A stretch of 64,000 nt of DNA from Candidatus Parabeggiatoa sp. nov. 3 (GTDB lineage Bacteria > Pseudomonadota > Gammaproteobacteria > Beggiatoales > Beggiatoaceae). This document shows, in pieces, positions 31,901 through 40,179 of the stretch (the first letter of the stretch is position 1; each line of letters starts with the position of its first letter). The stretch lies in the NCBI GenBank assembly GCA_003645185.1, contig QNEL01000001.1, positions 27-64,026 on the forward strand, given 5' to 3'. A program made the translations under genes and the position numbers. Below the pieces are notes generated by a model. That model saw nothing but the letters and a program-made list of their open reading frames with translations. It did no database searches and had not been told where the DNA came from.

Positions 31901-32360
31901 AGGTTGGGTGGGTGCTGAAAACCTGACTCAAGGGGATGTGCTGGTTTTGAAAGAGGGTAATATTGAAGTTGTAGCCCTTGTTCGGGAACAGAGAAAAACA
32001 GCTGTCTACAATTTGACGGTGGCTAATGCCCATAACTACTTTGTGGGTAGTGATGGGGTGTTGGTGCATAATGCGAGTAAAAAAGGGAAAGGGAAGTGGG
32101 CAGATAAGGGGCCGATGGATATTTGTATCAGGTTGGATGGTACTGGAAAAGTGCATGGAGGTATAGAATATTTCCCGAAACCAAAAGATTTCGATAGATA
32201 TTCACGAGAGGAATTGGAGGACTTACTCGACGAACTGAGGAAAAGCATAAAGACGCGAATTGAAGTGACTGATAATAAGGGGCGTGATATGACGCACGGG
32301 CAGCGTCAGGGGAATGAACAAAAACTCATTAAGCAACTGGAAAAATATTTAAGTAAGTGA
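25995..32360 (+). CDS. rhs: Rhs toxin 2, 5'-truncated (no signal peptide or TGase-like domain), with PT-HINT domain and ~95-aa toxin tip
   Basis: Starts mid-homology with Rhs1 at VANAGPYVMG (~16066); near-identical to about 27830, then divergent; PVNMVDPSG ending at 31406. Confidence 0.88.
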   Translation: MANAGPYVMGVQGISETIYTPPTLSQARSLSQPIVGEYRTIGMDLQGGLSHRLQTVSERLAKTEAALSTFTAITHHEIVGNLLNASLDSYFAANEVYDTWQAQMTEVVAHRAPSMGAARTVLTTDFVVGIPQKVQFNGIAFEIERLNSIAVGKNNTQRFQRQIGKLGSALAHLVLEQTFGQGNQAVSALRAQASALKSGERIYSLNPETAILPELSLDASAQHFIEQALHFGMHVTLPENPITLDTWTGRGLGRVDPKTGNSHYPTFGTGGQATGILYNDIGQRLVWASLLKKPVRLAPAIKPQIPFVQSVAVGLIPLATDPLKIGLTDKVLTLLTGNQIEQETGPNLPEVLDEHLFSGLLLEHLSLGQLLDPVPPEIDLQLAADSINPGENLQITATASDNGEITNLTVKINDQLLPLDDSGQATFTSEQPGKYTLIVTATDRAGNISRQEGSFRVNAPDDTTPPELVIHSPEDGTEITAPTDFVATITDDSLVSWQLAVKSVSNPGLTILGSGSDPIANQPIATFDPTMLTNGLYQVIFQAVDANGRNTAISNSYRVAGDLKVGNFSFTVEDISIDMMGLPLKVMRTYDTRRKGEALDFGQGWSISYQDIKVEESRVPGQYWTLNTYGRRFNQLFCVESLGSPPQITVTFPDGKVEAFEVGVQPRCQSVFQGRPTHLNMVFKPLSGTFSKLEVLDAYAESVYFDGRALLELLNEGRAFNPSLYRLTTQNGYQYEIQQDDIEAQQTPGLKKITEPNGNTLTYTDDGIIHSAGKSILFTRDSQGRITKITDPKGNSLKYQYNMTGDLIASTDFLGNSVRYTYNSTHAMTDMTDPLGRKVVRNLYNDDGRVTGQIDSEGNRTNFNHNLKGRQSIVTDKLGRVTQLYYDGRGNVITQVDPLGNISYSTYDQFGNKLSAIDPLGNATFFKYDDKFNLLEQKDAEGNVVKYTYTKQGKEKTLTDARGNTFENFYDNQGNLIRITDPKGHEISIMLEKGLITSVRDTNDNVTKFTYDKSGNKLTETDPLGNTVTFTYDGNGNELSYSRKRTDASGNQVVETTFYEYDKRNRLIQTTDAFGNINKTQYNTLGQEIAHIDASGRRTDYKYDTIGNLSIIRYSDGTKETRNYDVEGNLLSSTNVAGQTTRYEYDKVDRQIKTIYSDGSVTQTQYDAANRVNAQIDENGNRTEFKYDKVGRRIQSKNADSQITTNAYDADGNLVSKTDNNGNTIAYQYSALDQRIKTIYPGNLVEENIYDKVGNLVAGKDLAGNETQYQYDKLSRLTEVIKSLSDKPISTTFGYDEIGNRISQTDANQNTTTWTYDKLGRVISRTLPLGMTETFAYDKKTGNLLSHTNFNGKTTTFSYDQNTDRLLSTTYADGSVESFTYDVSGNRLLMKAENGTTSYSYDNFHRLIKEVKPNQAVLEYGYDKRSNRTRLKFTEPSGTAAQVQYQYDVLSRLQKVIAPDGETVYLYDSVGNRQQVIYPNGTYTRYAYDKLNRLTALEALLPDNSLLASYQYTLTPTGQRSQIIEHTGRVINYTYDDLYRLKFEKISTTDNDIVFSYQYDAVGNRVYSIEDGVHTKYTYDTNDRLLKQGGVVFQYDANGNTIRITEEKQVVQMSYDGDDRLISVVTEEKGQVTRTVSYAYDADGNRVQTSLNGEVTQYVVDSNDSLAQVIAELDKDDQVKVAYLHGDDLISQYRGNDIHYYHYDGLGSTRGLTDQNAVVTDAYNYEAFGKLLEQIGETENNYLYTGEQFDQNTGNYYLRARYYNPASGRFLSMDSFNGFQTDPITLHKYLYANANPVNMVDPSGQFSLGSLSASISIRGILTGMARFVQLMGVIDFVNDPTAFFYDRLMNRTLRILNRLRFLKWLRLVKKKKRAKKDPSKKDKDEDCPVAGNSFTAETLVHTQRGLITIAEVQIGDQVWSYNEETGEQQWNEVVHLIQGEQEYDLVLLTLENGEIIKATNEHPFFVVEKGWVGAENLTQGDVLVLKEGNIEVVALVREQRKTAVYNLTVANAHNYFVGSDGVLVHNASKKGKGKWADKGPMDICIRLDGTGKVHGGIEYFPKPKDFDRYSREELEDLLDELRKSIKTRIEVTDNKGRDMTHGQRQGNEQKLIKQLEKYLSK
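31671..32072 (+). other. Pretoxin HINT (intein-like) domain, 134 aa, Ser at position 1
   Basis: SFTAETLVHT, TNEHPF, VYNLTVANAHNYFVG and LVHN motifs. Confidence 0.9.
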
Positions 32361-32363
32361 ATC

Positions 32364-33779
32364 ATGATAGACAATTTAGAAGGAACACAACTCATTCAGG
32401 AACTACTAACGGATCCAGATAGGTTTCGTGAACAAGGTTGGGGCTTCCAACTATGGGAGGCGGGTCTTCCAGTAGAAACATTACGCCCACTGCTGAAGCA
32501 TAACGACCGGCGGGTTCGACGTGAAGCGGTTTGGGTGGCATCTGAACTGGGTCACGAAGCACGCAGCCTGATTCATGATGCAATCCCATTAATCTATGAT
32601 GGCGACCGAGACATTCAATACTCTGCCCTTGAAATCGTTATGGTGTGTTCTTTTGCCGAGAATGTTGACCACTTCGTACACGTCGTTCGTTCATTGCAGA
32701 GCGACGACAAGCTAATACGATATCTCGCGATGTTTTTAGTCTCTAATGCCGATGCGTCGCGATTGGAAGCGGGGATTCGATTATTCGGCTCCCCTGGTTC
32801 TTCCGACAAGCGGCATAAACAGGGGCTTTCAAATTTGTTAAAGGGTAAGTTTATACTTCCTAAACAAGTTTTAATGATGATTGATGACAAGGAACCACTC
32901 GTTCGAAAATACGGTACCATTGCCGCAAAAAGGCTTATTAAAAACTTTCCAGAGTTGATTGTGCATGCTATATCAAGTGCGGATCCCGATGTGCGCCACT
33001 TCTCCTTGAAAGCGTGTCATTTTACCAAGAATGCTAACCACTTTGTGCATGTTGTTCGTTCATTACAGAACGATGATGAACTCATGCGAATTTTTGCGAT
33101 GCAGTTCATGTCTAGTGCCGATGTGTCGCAACTGGAAGCGGCGGCTCGATTACTTGGCTCATCGAGTTCTTCCGACAAACAGCATAAACAAGGGCTTAAT
33201 CATTTGATAAAGGATGAACTCTTGGAGCCTGAACAAGTTGTGAAAATGATTAATGACAACTCGCCACTCGTTCGAAAATACGGTGCAATCGCTGCAAGAA
33301 GGTTGATTGAAAAGTTTCCAGACTTGATTGCGAATGCGACATTAAGCGTGGATCGTGATGTGCGTAAATTCTCCCTAAAGGGTTGCTCTTTTTCAGAGAA
33401 TGATAACCTCTTCGTGCATGTCGTTCGCTCATTGCAGAGCGATGATGAGGGCATACGAGTTTTGGTGATGCATTTGATGTATAAGGCTTATTTGTCGCAA
33501 CTGGAAGCAGCGGCTCGATTACTCGGTTCCTCTCGTTCCGACAAACTACATTCAAACGGGCTTCATCATTTGTTAAAGGGCTCACTCCTGAATCCAGAAC
33601 AAGTGTTGAGAATGATTGATGACAAGGAGCCACTGGTTCGGAGATACGGTGCAATAGCGGCAAAAAGACTTATTCAAAAGTTTCCAGAGTTGATTGCACA
33701 TGCGGCAGGAAGTACGGATATTGATGTGTGCAAATTTTCACTAAAGGAATACTCTTTTGTAGAGAATGAGGAAACGTAA
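32364..33779 (+). CDS. HEAT-repeat immunity protein with internal triplication, cognate to Rhs2
   Basis: Starts 3 nt after the toxin stop; three ~123-aa repeats FVHVVRSLQ..PLVRKYG..DVRxFSLK. Confidence 0.8.
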   Translation: MIDNLEGTQLIQELLTDPDRFREQGWGFQLWEAGLPVETLRPLLKHNDRRVRREAVWVASELGHEARSLIHDAIPLIYDGDRDIQYSALEIVMVCSFAENVDHFVHVVRSLQSDDKLIRYLAMFLVSNADASRLEAGIRLFGSPGSSDKRHKQGLSNLLKGKFILPKQVLMMIDDKEPLVRKYGTIAAKRLIKNFPELIVHAISSADPDVRHFSLKACHFTKNANHFVHVVRSLQNDDELMRIFAMQFMSSADVSQLEAAARLLGSSSSSDKQHKQGLNHLIKDELLEPEQVVKMINDNSPLVRKYGAIAARRLIEKFPDLIANATLSVDRDVRKFSLKGCSFSENDNLFVHVVRSLQSDDEGIRVLVMHLMYKAYLSQLEAAARLLGSSRSDKLHSNGLHHLLKGSLLNPEQVLRMIDDKEPLVRRYGAIAAKRLIQKFPELIAHAAGSTDIDVCKFSLKEYSFVENEET

Positions 33780-34312
33780 ATGAGCATCCGTTCTATGTGG
33801 TTGAGAAAGGCTGGGCGGGTGCTGAAAACCTGACTCAAGGGGAAGTGCTGGTTTTGAAAGAGGACAATGTTAAAGTTGTTGCCCTTGTTCAGGAACAGAG
33901 AAAAACGGCTATCTACAATTTGACGGTGGCTAATGCCCATAACTACTTTGTGGGTAGTGATGGGGTGTTGGTGCATAATGTGGGCTCGGGTGGTAGCCCT
34001 AGCCTGAAATGTGATCCTTATCACCATGATGAAGTGGAAAAAAGGGTTAAACCTCCTTATAAATCTAATCCTAAACATACTGATGGCCGTAACCCAAAAG
34101 CCGGTGTTGAACCAGATGACGCTCAGGATGCGTATCAAGATGCTCTTAGAGGTAATCAACATACATGGTATGCGCGTGGAAAAAATGGTGAGATATATCG
34201 CTATTTTTCTGATGGTGCTGGAACCGTTCATTGGAGTGGTAGTACTGGAGATGCAAAAAATCCGTTAAAGCCAAACACGATTCCTGAAGAAATTAAAAGA
34301 AGACTTTGGTAA
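33779..34312 (+). pseudogene. Orphan toxin module: C-terminal half of HINT plus a different 110-aa toxin tip
   Basis: 33779-33979 is nearly identical to 31872-32072 and diverges right after HN; tip has NPKH..EPDDA..GEIYRY..HWSG. Confidence 0.85.
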
Positions 34313-34332
34313 GCCTTTATGGCTAATATATA

Positions 34333-34432
34333 AGTACTGAAGCATAAATAAACAGGTATTTTCATTGAGTTTCCCCTTTAAGTTCTGTGTTAGGGAGAAT
34401 TTAAAATACCTGAAAACTTGTGCTTCAGTACT
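34333..34432. mobile_element. MITE family A, minimal 100-bp copy
   Basis: Same TIRs; TA on both flanks. Confidence 0.85.
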
Positions 34433-34933
34433 TAGCGAAAGGCTTTTTAGTTGATAGTTTTCATGCCTGATTTTTTAGAACAAATTTTGAATTTGAGCTA
34501 TACTGGCAAAAAGTCTCACTCGAAAAGCGGACGAATTTTCCAACTATTGTACTTATCCTGAAAGGGTAAAATATGAATAGCCCCATGTACAAACTGTGTT
34601 AAAGACATTAGAGTTTATACCAATTTAATGATTGATTTTATTAAAATTTATATTTTTAGAAAGTCATAAAATCAAGCACTTAAATTTAATCGGTATAATG
34701 TCTATTATAATGATTAAGTTAAGCAGTTAAGCAAATTAAAAATCATTTTGAAATAAAAGAAAAATGGCATAGAGTTAGCTGGAATGTGGGGCTATTCACA
34801 TTCAATTCTTTGGGCTTGGGAATATTTAATCAAGCGGAAAATAGAAATGCGCCCGAAAAAGCTTTTAGTAAACATAAACATTTTATCCTTTGGCACTATT
34901 TGTTATTGCTAAACAGATTGGTAGTGAAAAAAA

Positions 34934-35458
34934 ATGATAATTGGTGATAAACATTCTTTTGCGGTACAATTTGAGGTGAATCCAGAACCAGATAGTTGGT
35001 TATTTGGTCATATTTGCTTTGTTGTTAAATATAGTGAAGTTGGGGATTATTTGGATGAAACTTCTTTAAGCACAGCGGTAGGTTATTTAATGGAATTGCT
35101 CTGGTATAAAGGCCTCAGAGAGGAATCAAAACTCTTTCACTTAGAGAAAAAAGAACTCTTTTGGAAGATAGATAAAGCTCTTTATGGAGATACTGAGGCT
35201 TCAATAGAAGAATGCCAAGATAATTGGGAACGTTTTGCAAAATTTCATGCTTTAAGTTCTGGTATAGATATTTTTGACAATTGGAAAGGATATCTAATTG
35301 AACATAAAGATCAAGGAAAATTAATTATTAAAAATCCAAGTGGAGAAATTCAGGAAGACTCTCTGAAAGCAGGTGAATTGGATTCTGTTTTAGAAGAGGT
35401 TGTGAATTTTTTTGAGCAGAATTATTCTCAATATTTTATACACTGGTCTAAACAGTGA
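34934..35458 (+). CDS. Imm42-like immunity protein, probable partner of the orphan tip
   Basis: N-terminus MIIGDKHSFAVQFE..WLFGHICF..EVGDY resembles Imm42. Confidence 0.7.
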   Translation: MIIGDKHSFAVQFEVNPEPDSWLFGHICFVVKYSEVGDYLDETSLSTAVGYLMELLWYKGLREESKLFHLEKKELFWKIDKALYGDTEASIEECQDNWERFAKFHALSSGIDIFDNWKGYLIEHKDQGKLIIKNPSGEIQEDSLKAGELDSVLEEVVNFFEQNYSQYFIHWSKQ

Positions 35459-35634
35459 TAAAAGTGGTTTTTTATCCCTTGACTATGTTTGGGAACGTAT
35501 GTCTATAAAAATTGATATAAAATTAATAGTGTAAAGCATTTTCCCAAACTCTACAGAGTGATTGTTTTGGAACAAGTACGTGAAATGGGTAATGTGACAT
35601 TGTAAGATTAAGCAGAACAAGAGAAACATTTAGA

Positions 35635-36093
35635 GTGAATACAGATATAGAAAACCTTATATGGACAATGGGTGAATATGAACCCTCTGAAGACGAATTG
35701 CGCCGGATTACTGATTATCTCATTGAACGTTTTGCTACTTTTTTAAAACAAGAAATTGAAATTTATAATACCTGTATTGATCCGGGTAGTTCTGCAACCT
35801 ATTTCATCTACAGTGGTAGTCAAATAGATTCTATTTTTGAAATGGAATGGGAAGCTGTGGTAACGGTACAATTAATTGATGGCAAGCTATGGATTGACAC
35901 GCAACTTCTTTTATTTAGCCGACAACAAAGATTGGGACTTCAGAAACATGAAGGAAACAGTGTTCTGATTTTTGTATATGAACGTGATATTGAGTCAAAG
36001 AGAGGAGAATGGCGATTTTTGGAATGGGAAAAGGATATTTATGGTGAATGGGAAAGCTATACTAAGTTAAGCAAACCAAGCACAAAATTGTGA
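35635..36093 (+). CDS. Putative orphan immunity protein
   Basis: Acidic, Trp-rich 152-aa ORF; context. Confidence 0.5.
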   Translation: MNTDIENLIWTMGEYEPSEDELRRITDYLIERFATFLKQEIEIYNTCIDPGSSATYFIYSGSQIDSIFEMEWEAVVTVQLIDGKLWIDTQLLLFSRQQRLGLQKHEGNSVLIFVYERDIESKRGEWRFLEWEKDIYGEWESYTKLSKPSTKL

Positions 36094-36118
36094 CTAATTA
36101 AGCCAAATAATTAGTTGG

Positions 36119-36237
36119 GTAGGGTGGGCATAAACCGTTCACTGAAATTTGCTAATTCCATCAAATTCTCACGGTGTCTGCCCACCATTTTTAATCGGTT
36201 CTGGCCGACGTATTCAAAGCTGCCTTGGAGCAAGTAA
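36119..36237 (+). other. Junction module copy B: GTAG hairpin plus short YD remnant
   Basis: GTAGGGTGGGCA..TGCCCACC then GGCCGACGTATTCAAAGC..GCCTTGGAGCAAGTAA. Confidence 0.7.
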
Positions 36238-36443
36238 AAAAACGTCACTTATTGTTTTATATAGCTATAATAAGCACAGAAGCATGATTGATGCTCTAGT
36301 ATTTTCATTTGATTTGTGGATGATAGAATGTTTTCTCAGATTCGCTCCACAAATCATTTCATTTAGGATGGTTATAACATTAAAGTCTAAATGCTTATTA
36401 ATTTAGCTCAATTAACGGATTTTGAGCAGGTATAAATCGTTGT

Positions 36444-36992
36444 TTGAAAGAGAATGCTATGGCTAATTGGAATCAATTTAAAAAAATAACAGAGGCACTA
36501 TGGGAAAATTGTAGCCTTTGTGAAGGGGTTAGTGGTTTTCAAACACAAACGGGTACCAAGTGGAATAGTGGATTGTCCATTGAAGAAATAAAGAATTTAC
36601 AAGTGTTATTTGGCATAGTTCTTCCCTTTGAATACCAAAGAATGTTGAGGGTTGTTAATGGATTTGATAGGGAAGAAATCGACATTTATGAAGAAGAAAA
36701 ACACTATTTCAGATCGTGTTATAAATACCCTGATGATTGGGAGGTTGTTAAAACGTTCATAGCAGAACTTTATGATAATCTGAAATTTATCAAAATCGCT
36801 TTAAAAGAGTTAGGATTGGCAGAAAAAGAGCTCAAAGGATTTATACCACTATACAGCCACAGGGCTTTGGTTGTTTTTGAAGACTTAGAACTGACACCCG
36901 TGATATCAGCCGTAGGTGATGATGTTATCATTTATGGGCATTCACTGATTGAATATTGGAAACATGAGTTTCAATTTGAAGAGGATTTTTAA
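36444..36992 (+). CDS. SMI1/KNR4 (SUKH)-like immunity protein
   Basis: GLSIEEI..FGIVLPFEY..NG, FIPLYSHR, PVISAVGDDVIIYG. Confidence 0.7.
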   Translation: MKENAMANWNQFKKITEALWENCSLCEGVSGFQTQTGTKWNSGLSIEEIKNLQVLFGIVLPFEYQRMLRVVNGFDREEIDIYEEEKHYFRSCYKYPDDWEVVKTFIAELYDNLKFIKIALKELGLAEKELKGFIPLYSHRALVVFEDLELTPVISAVGDDVIIYGHSLIEYWKHEFQFEEDF

Positions 36993-37249
36993 GTTTTTTA
37001 ACCTCACAAAATTTCCAAAAAGTTTTTGGATCGAGTGGTGAAAAGGAGCTTCATTTGCTCCTGAATCTGTGATCCTATTTTTATTTCTTATTCTGAATCC
37101 ATTTAAAAACAATAAGTTATAAAGTATGAATCAAAACGGGAGTAATTTCAAATAGCGATTGAAACCTCCTTTTCACCAGCCTGGGCCTACCAGAATTAGC
37201 AAAGATATTGAGATAATAAAATTATTTTGTATAAGAGTTTCTTATTTAG

Positions 37250-37759
37250 ATGAATAAAAATATTTTTTCATATCTAATAGGCGAAACAATATTGTCTATT
37301 GAAAATATTATCGTTTTTGAAAAGGCTATAAATTTAGAATTACTAGATTCTTTAGTTTTTAAAACTTCTCATAGTGGTTCATATCAACTTCTGATATCTC
37401 AAACCCGAAAAACGTTTCGGAAGTTAAGTTCTGGTAATGATATTGAGTTAGATGGAGAATATGATGAAGATTATATAATAACTTTTAGTCCCCTAAATAA
37501 TCCTCTCATTTCTAAAATACCTTTTGAAGTACTTAGTGTTGTTGAATTTTGGGCAGGATGTGGTGAAAATCAATTTTTGTTTGGGGCCGCTTTTTATGGT
37601 AAAGAGGAAAAAAACCTTCTATCTATGTGCCTTGGTGGTGATGAAATTCAAATAATTTCATACCATAAATTATGGGAGATAAGTCAGGAATTATTACCAG
37701 TGTGTCAAGAAATTTCTATTAATTATTATGATGAGAAGAAGTCAAACCGAGTAGAGTGA
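37250..37759 (+). CDS. Putative orphan immunity protein
   Basis: 169-aa AT-rich ORF; context. Confidence 0.5.
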   Translation: MNKNIFSYLIGETILSIENIIVFEKAINLELLDSLVFKTSHSGSYQLLISQTRKTFRKLSSGNDIELDGEYDEDYIITFSPLNNPLISKIPFEVLSVVEFWAGCGENQFLFGAAFYGKEEKNLLSMCLGGDEIQIISYHKLWEISQELLPVCQEISINYYDEKKSNRVE

Positions 37760-38050
37760 GCATACACCGTCCACTTTCATTTGGTTTTGCCATGAAACTC
37801 TCACGGCATATGCTCACCCTTTTTCCTCAGAGCGGATTGACGTATCCAAACCAAGAACGCCTTGGGGCAGGTAAGCTCCTTTGTTTCTGATCCCAACAGA
37901 AATCGGATTTCAAAAACCGATGCCAATAACCATACCATCTCTTATGAGTACGATGCGTCGGCGCACCAAAACCATTTATGCGAAGGCTGAACTCCTGCTG
38001 AAAACCTGACTCAAGGGGATGTGCTGGCTATGAAAGACGGCAACATTGGA
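37751..38050 (+). other. Junction module copy C: GTAG hairpin, YD remnant, then HINT remnant
   Basis: 37838-37970 matches 8977-9114; 37997-38048 matches HINT AENLTQGDVL (~31914). Confidence 0.8.
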
Positions 38051-38236
38051 ATTTCCAGTGTTGAACGGAAACTCACTGAGTTGAGTTACATAAATAATAT
38101 GGCCCGCTAGCGACCAATAACTGAACAGTGTTCTGTTATCATGGACTTAGTTTTCTTGATATTGAACCCATACAAATATTGAGATTATTAAAAAATTAAA
38201 ACACACCTACATTGCGTTTGTAAGGACTACCTAATT

Positions 38237-38800
38237 ATGGATAAAAAAGTTCTCTCCAGAAAAGAAGCAGTACAGATTCTGGTACAATATCAACTGAATA
38301 AGCTTTCCAAACAGGAAAGAATGTGGATACTAGAAAACTGGTGGGAAACAGATGAAGATGATCCGGAATTTTTCCAACTACCCTCTGATTTACAGACAGA
38401 GATAAAAGAATACGATTCACCAGCCGAACCATTATTGATAAAATATGATCGCCTTTTGTTAATAGCTCTCACTGACAGTCTTTCCGGCGTAAAAAATACC
38501 TACCTAAAAAATCAATTAGCTCAATTTGGAATTAAGGTTGATGAGATAAAGGGGAACCCGATAGATTTGTATGAATGTCCTTGTTGTTCTTATAAAAATC
38601 TTCCGGTAAGAGGCGAATATTTTATTTGCTCAGTATGCTTTTGGGAAGACGATGGTTCAAACGACCCAGAACATTATAGTGGTCCTAATCATATGACGCT
38701 TAAAGAAGCTCAAGATAATTTTTCACAATTTGGGGCTTGTACAGAAGATTCTCTAAAGTCCATCAGCCCAGATGCCAAGGAAAAATATGCCAAAGGCTGA
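38237..38800 (+). CDS. CPCC cysteine-rich protein (toxin-locus associated)
   Basis: CPCC..ICSVCFWEDDG..SGPNHMTL. Confidence 0.85.
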   Translation: MDKKVLSRKEAVQILVQYQLNKLSKQERMWILENWWETDEDDPEFFQLPSDLQTEIKEYDSPAEPLLIKYDRLLLIALTDSLSGVKNTYLKNQLAQFGIKVDEIKGNPIDLYECPCCSYKNLPVRGEYFICSVCFWEDDGSNDPEHYSGPNHMTLKEAQDNFSQFGACTEDSLKSISPDAKEKYAKG

Positions 38801-38877
38801 GTGTAAAAACGAGCGTAACATGGGTTCGTAGGGTGGGTTTCGCTATAACGCAACCCACCATTTAACTAACTTCATTC

Positions 38878-39933
38878 GGTGAAACCACCTATACTTATGA
38901 CTCCGTTGGTAAGCGCCTGCAAGTAAGCTATGCCAATGGCACCTACACCCAATATGGCTACGATAAGCTAAATCGCCTCACGTCTTTAGAAGCTCTACTG
39001 CCTGATAACAGCTTATTAGCGAGTTACCAATACACCCTAACACCCACAGGCCAGCGCAGTCAGATTCTCGAACACACCAGCCGCGTCATCAACTACACTT
39101 ATGATGATCTCTATCGCCTAAAAGAAGAGAAAATCAGCACGGCCGACAATGATGTTGTCTTTAGTTATCAATATGATGCTGTAGGCAACCGTGTTTACAG
39201 TATAGAAGACGGTGTCCACACCAAATACACCTACGACACCAACGATCGCTTGCTAAAACAAGGTGGTGTTGTGTACCAGTACGATGCCAACGGCAATAGC
39301 ATTCGCATTACTGAAGAAAAGCAAGTAGTGCAGATGAGTTATGATGGTGATGATCGCTTGATCAGCGTCGTGACAGAAGAAAACGGCCAAGTCACTAGCA
39401 CAGTTAGCTATGCCTACGATGCTGATGGTAACCGCGTACAAACCTCATTAAATGGGGAAGTTACCCAATATGTGGTAGACAGCAATGACAGCTTGGCCCA
39501 AGTCATCGCCGAACTTGATAAAGATGATCAGGTGAAAGTAGCTTATTTGCACGGCGACGATCTCATTAGTCAATATCGTGGTAATGATATCCATTACTAT
39601 CACTACGATGGATTGGGTAGTACCCGAGTCTTGACGGATCAAAATGCCGCTGTTACCGATGCTTACAACTATGAAGCCTTCGGTGAATTGCTAGAACAAA
39701 TCGGCGAAACCGAGAATAATTACCTCTATACTGGTGAACAGATTGATCCGAATACAGGAAATTATTACCTGAGAGCGCGGTATTACAATCCCGCCAGCGG
39801 ACGTTTTTTGAGCATGGATAGCTTCAATGGTTTTCAAACAGACCCGATTACGCTGCATAAGTATTTGTATGCCAATGGGAACCCCGTCAATTTTGTTGAT
39901 CCAACAGGGCACTATTCCTTAGCGAGCCTATAA
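38878..39933 (+). pseudogene. Orphan Rhs core fragment, stop shortly after DPTG
   Basis: Open frame from ~38878, near-identical to Rhs2 ~30380-31410; ends PVNFVDPTGHYSLASL. Confidence 0.88.
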
Positions 39934-40179
39934 AACCACCTCAGCATCGTGCTATCGATCATTTACCAATCTGTGAGAGATATTGTATTAGCCAGAGACA
40001 ATAACCCACCATTCATACCAGCAGTAGAATGGCTATTGTTTTCGACTGTTTCTGTTAATAGTTTTGATGATGTTATTGAAGGGGTACACGGGTAGGATTT
40101 ACGTTTACCAATTGAAACGGATCACTTCGTTAATAACGGTGGTTGCTTTCATTGAATCTTGTCAATTTTAAAATGATTT

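Noticed and set aside
14838-33663. Antisense and alternate-frame ORFs inside the Rhs and immunity genes
   Set aside because: Shadows of long coding frames with no independent motifs.
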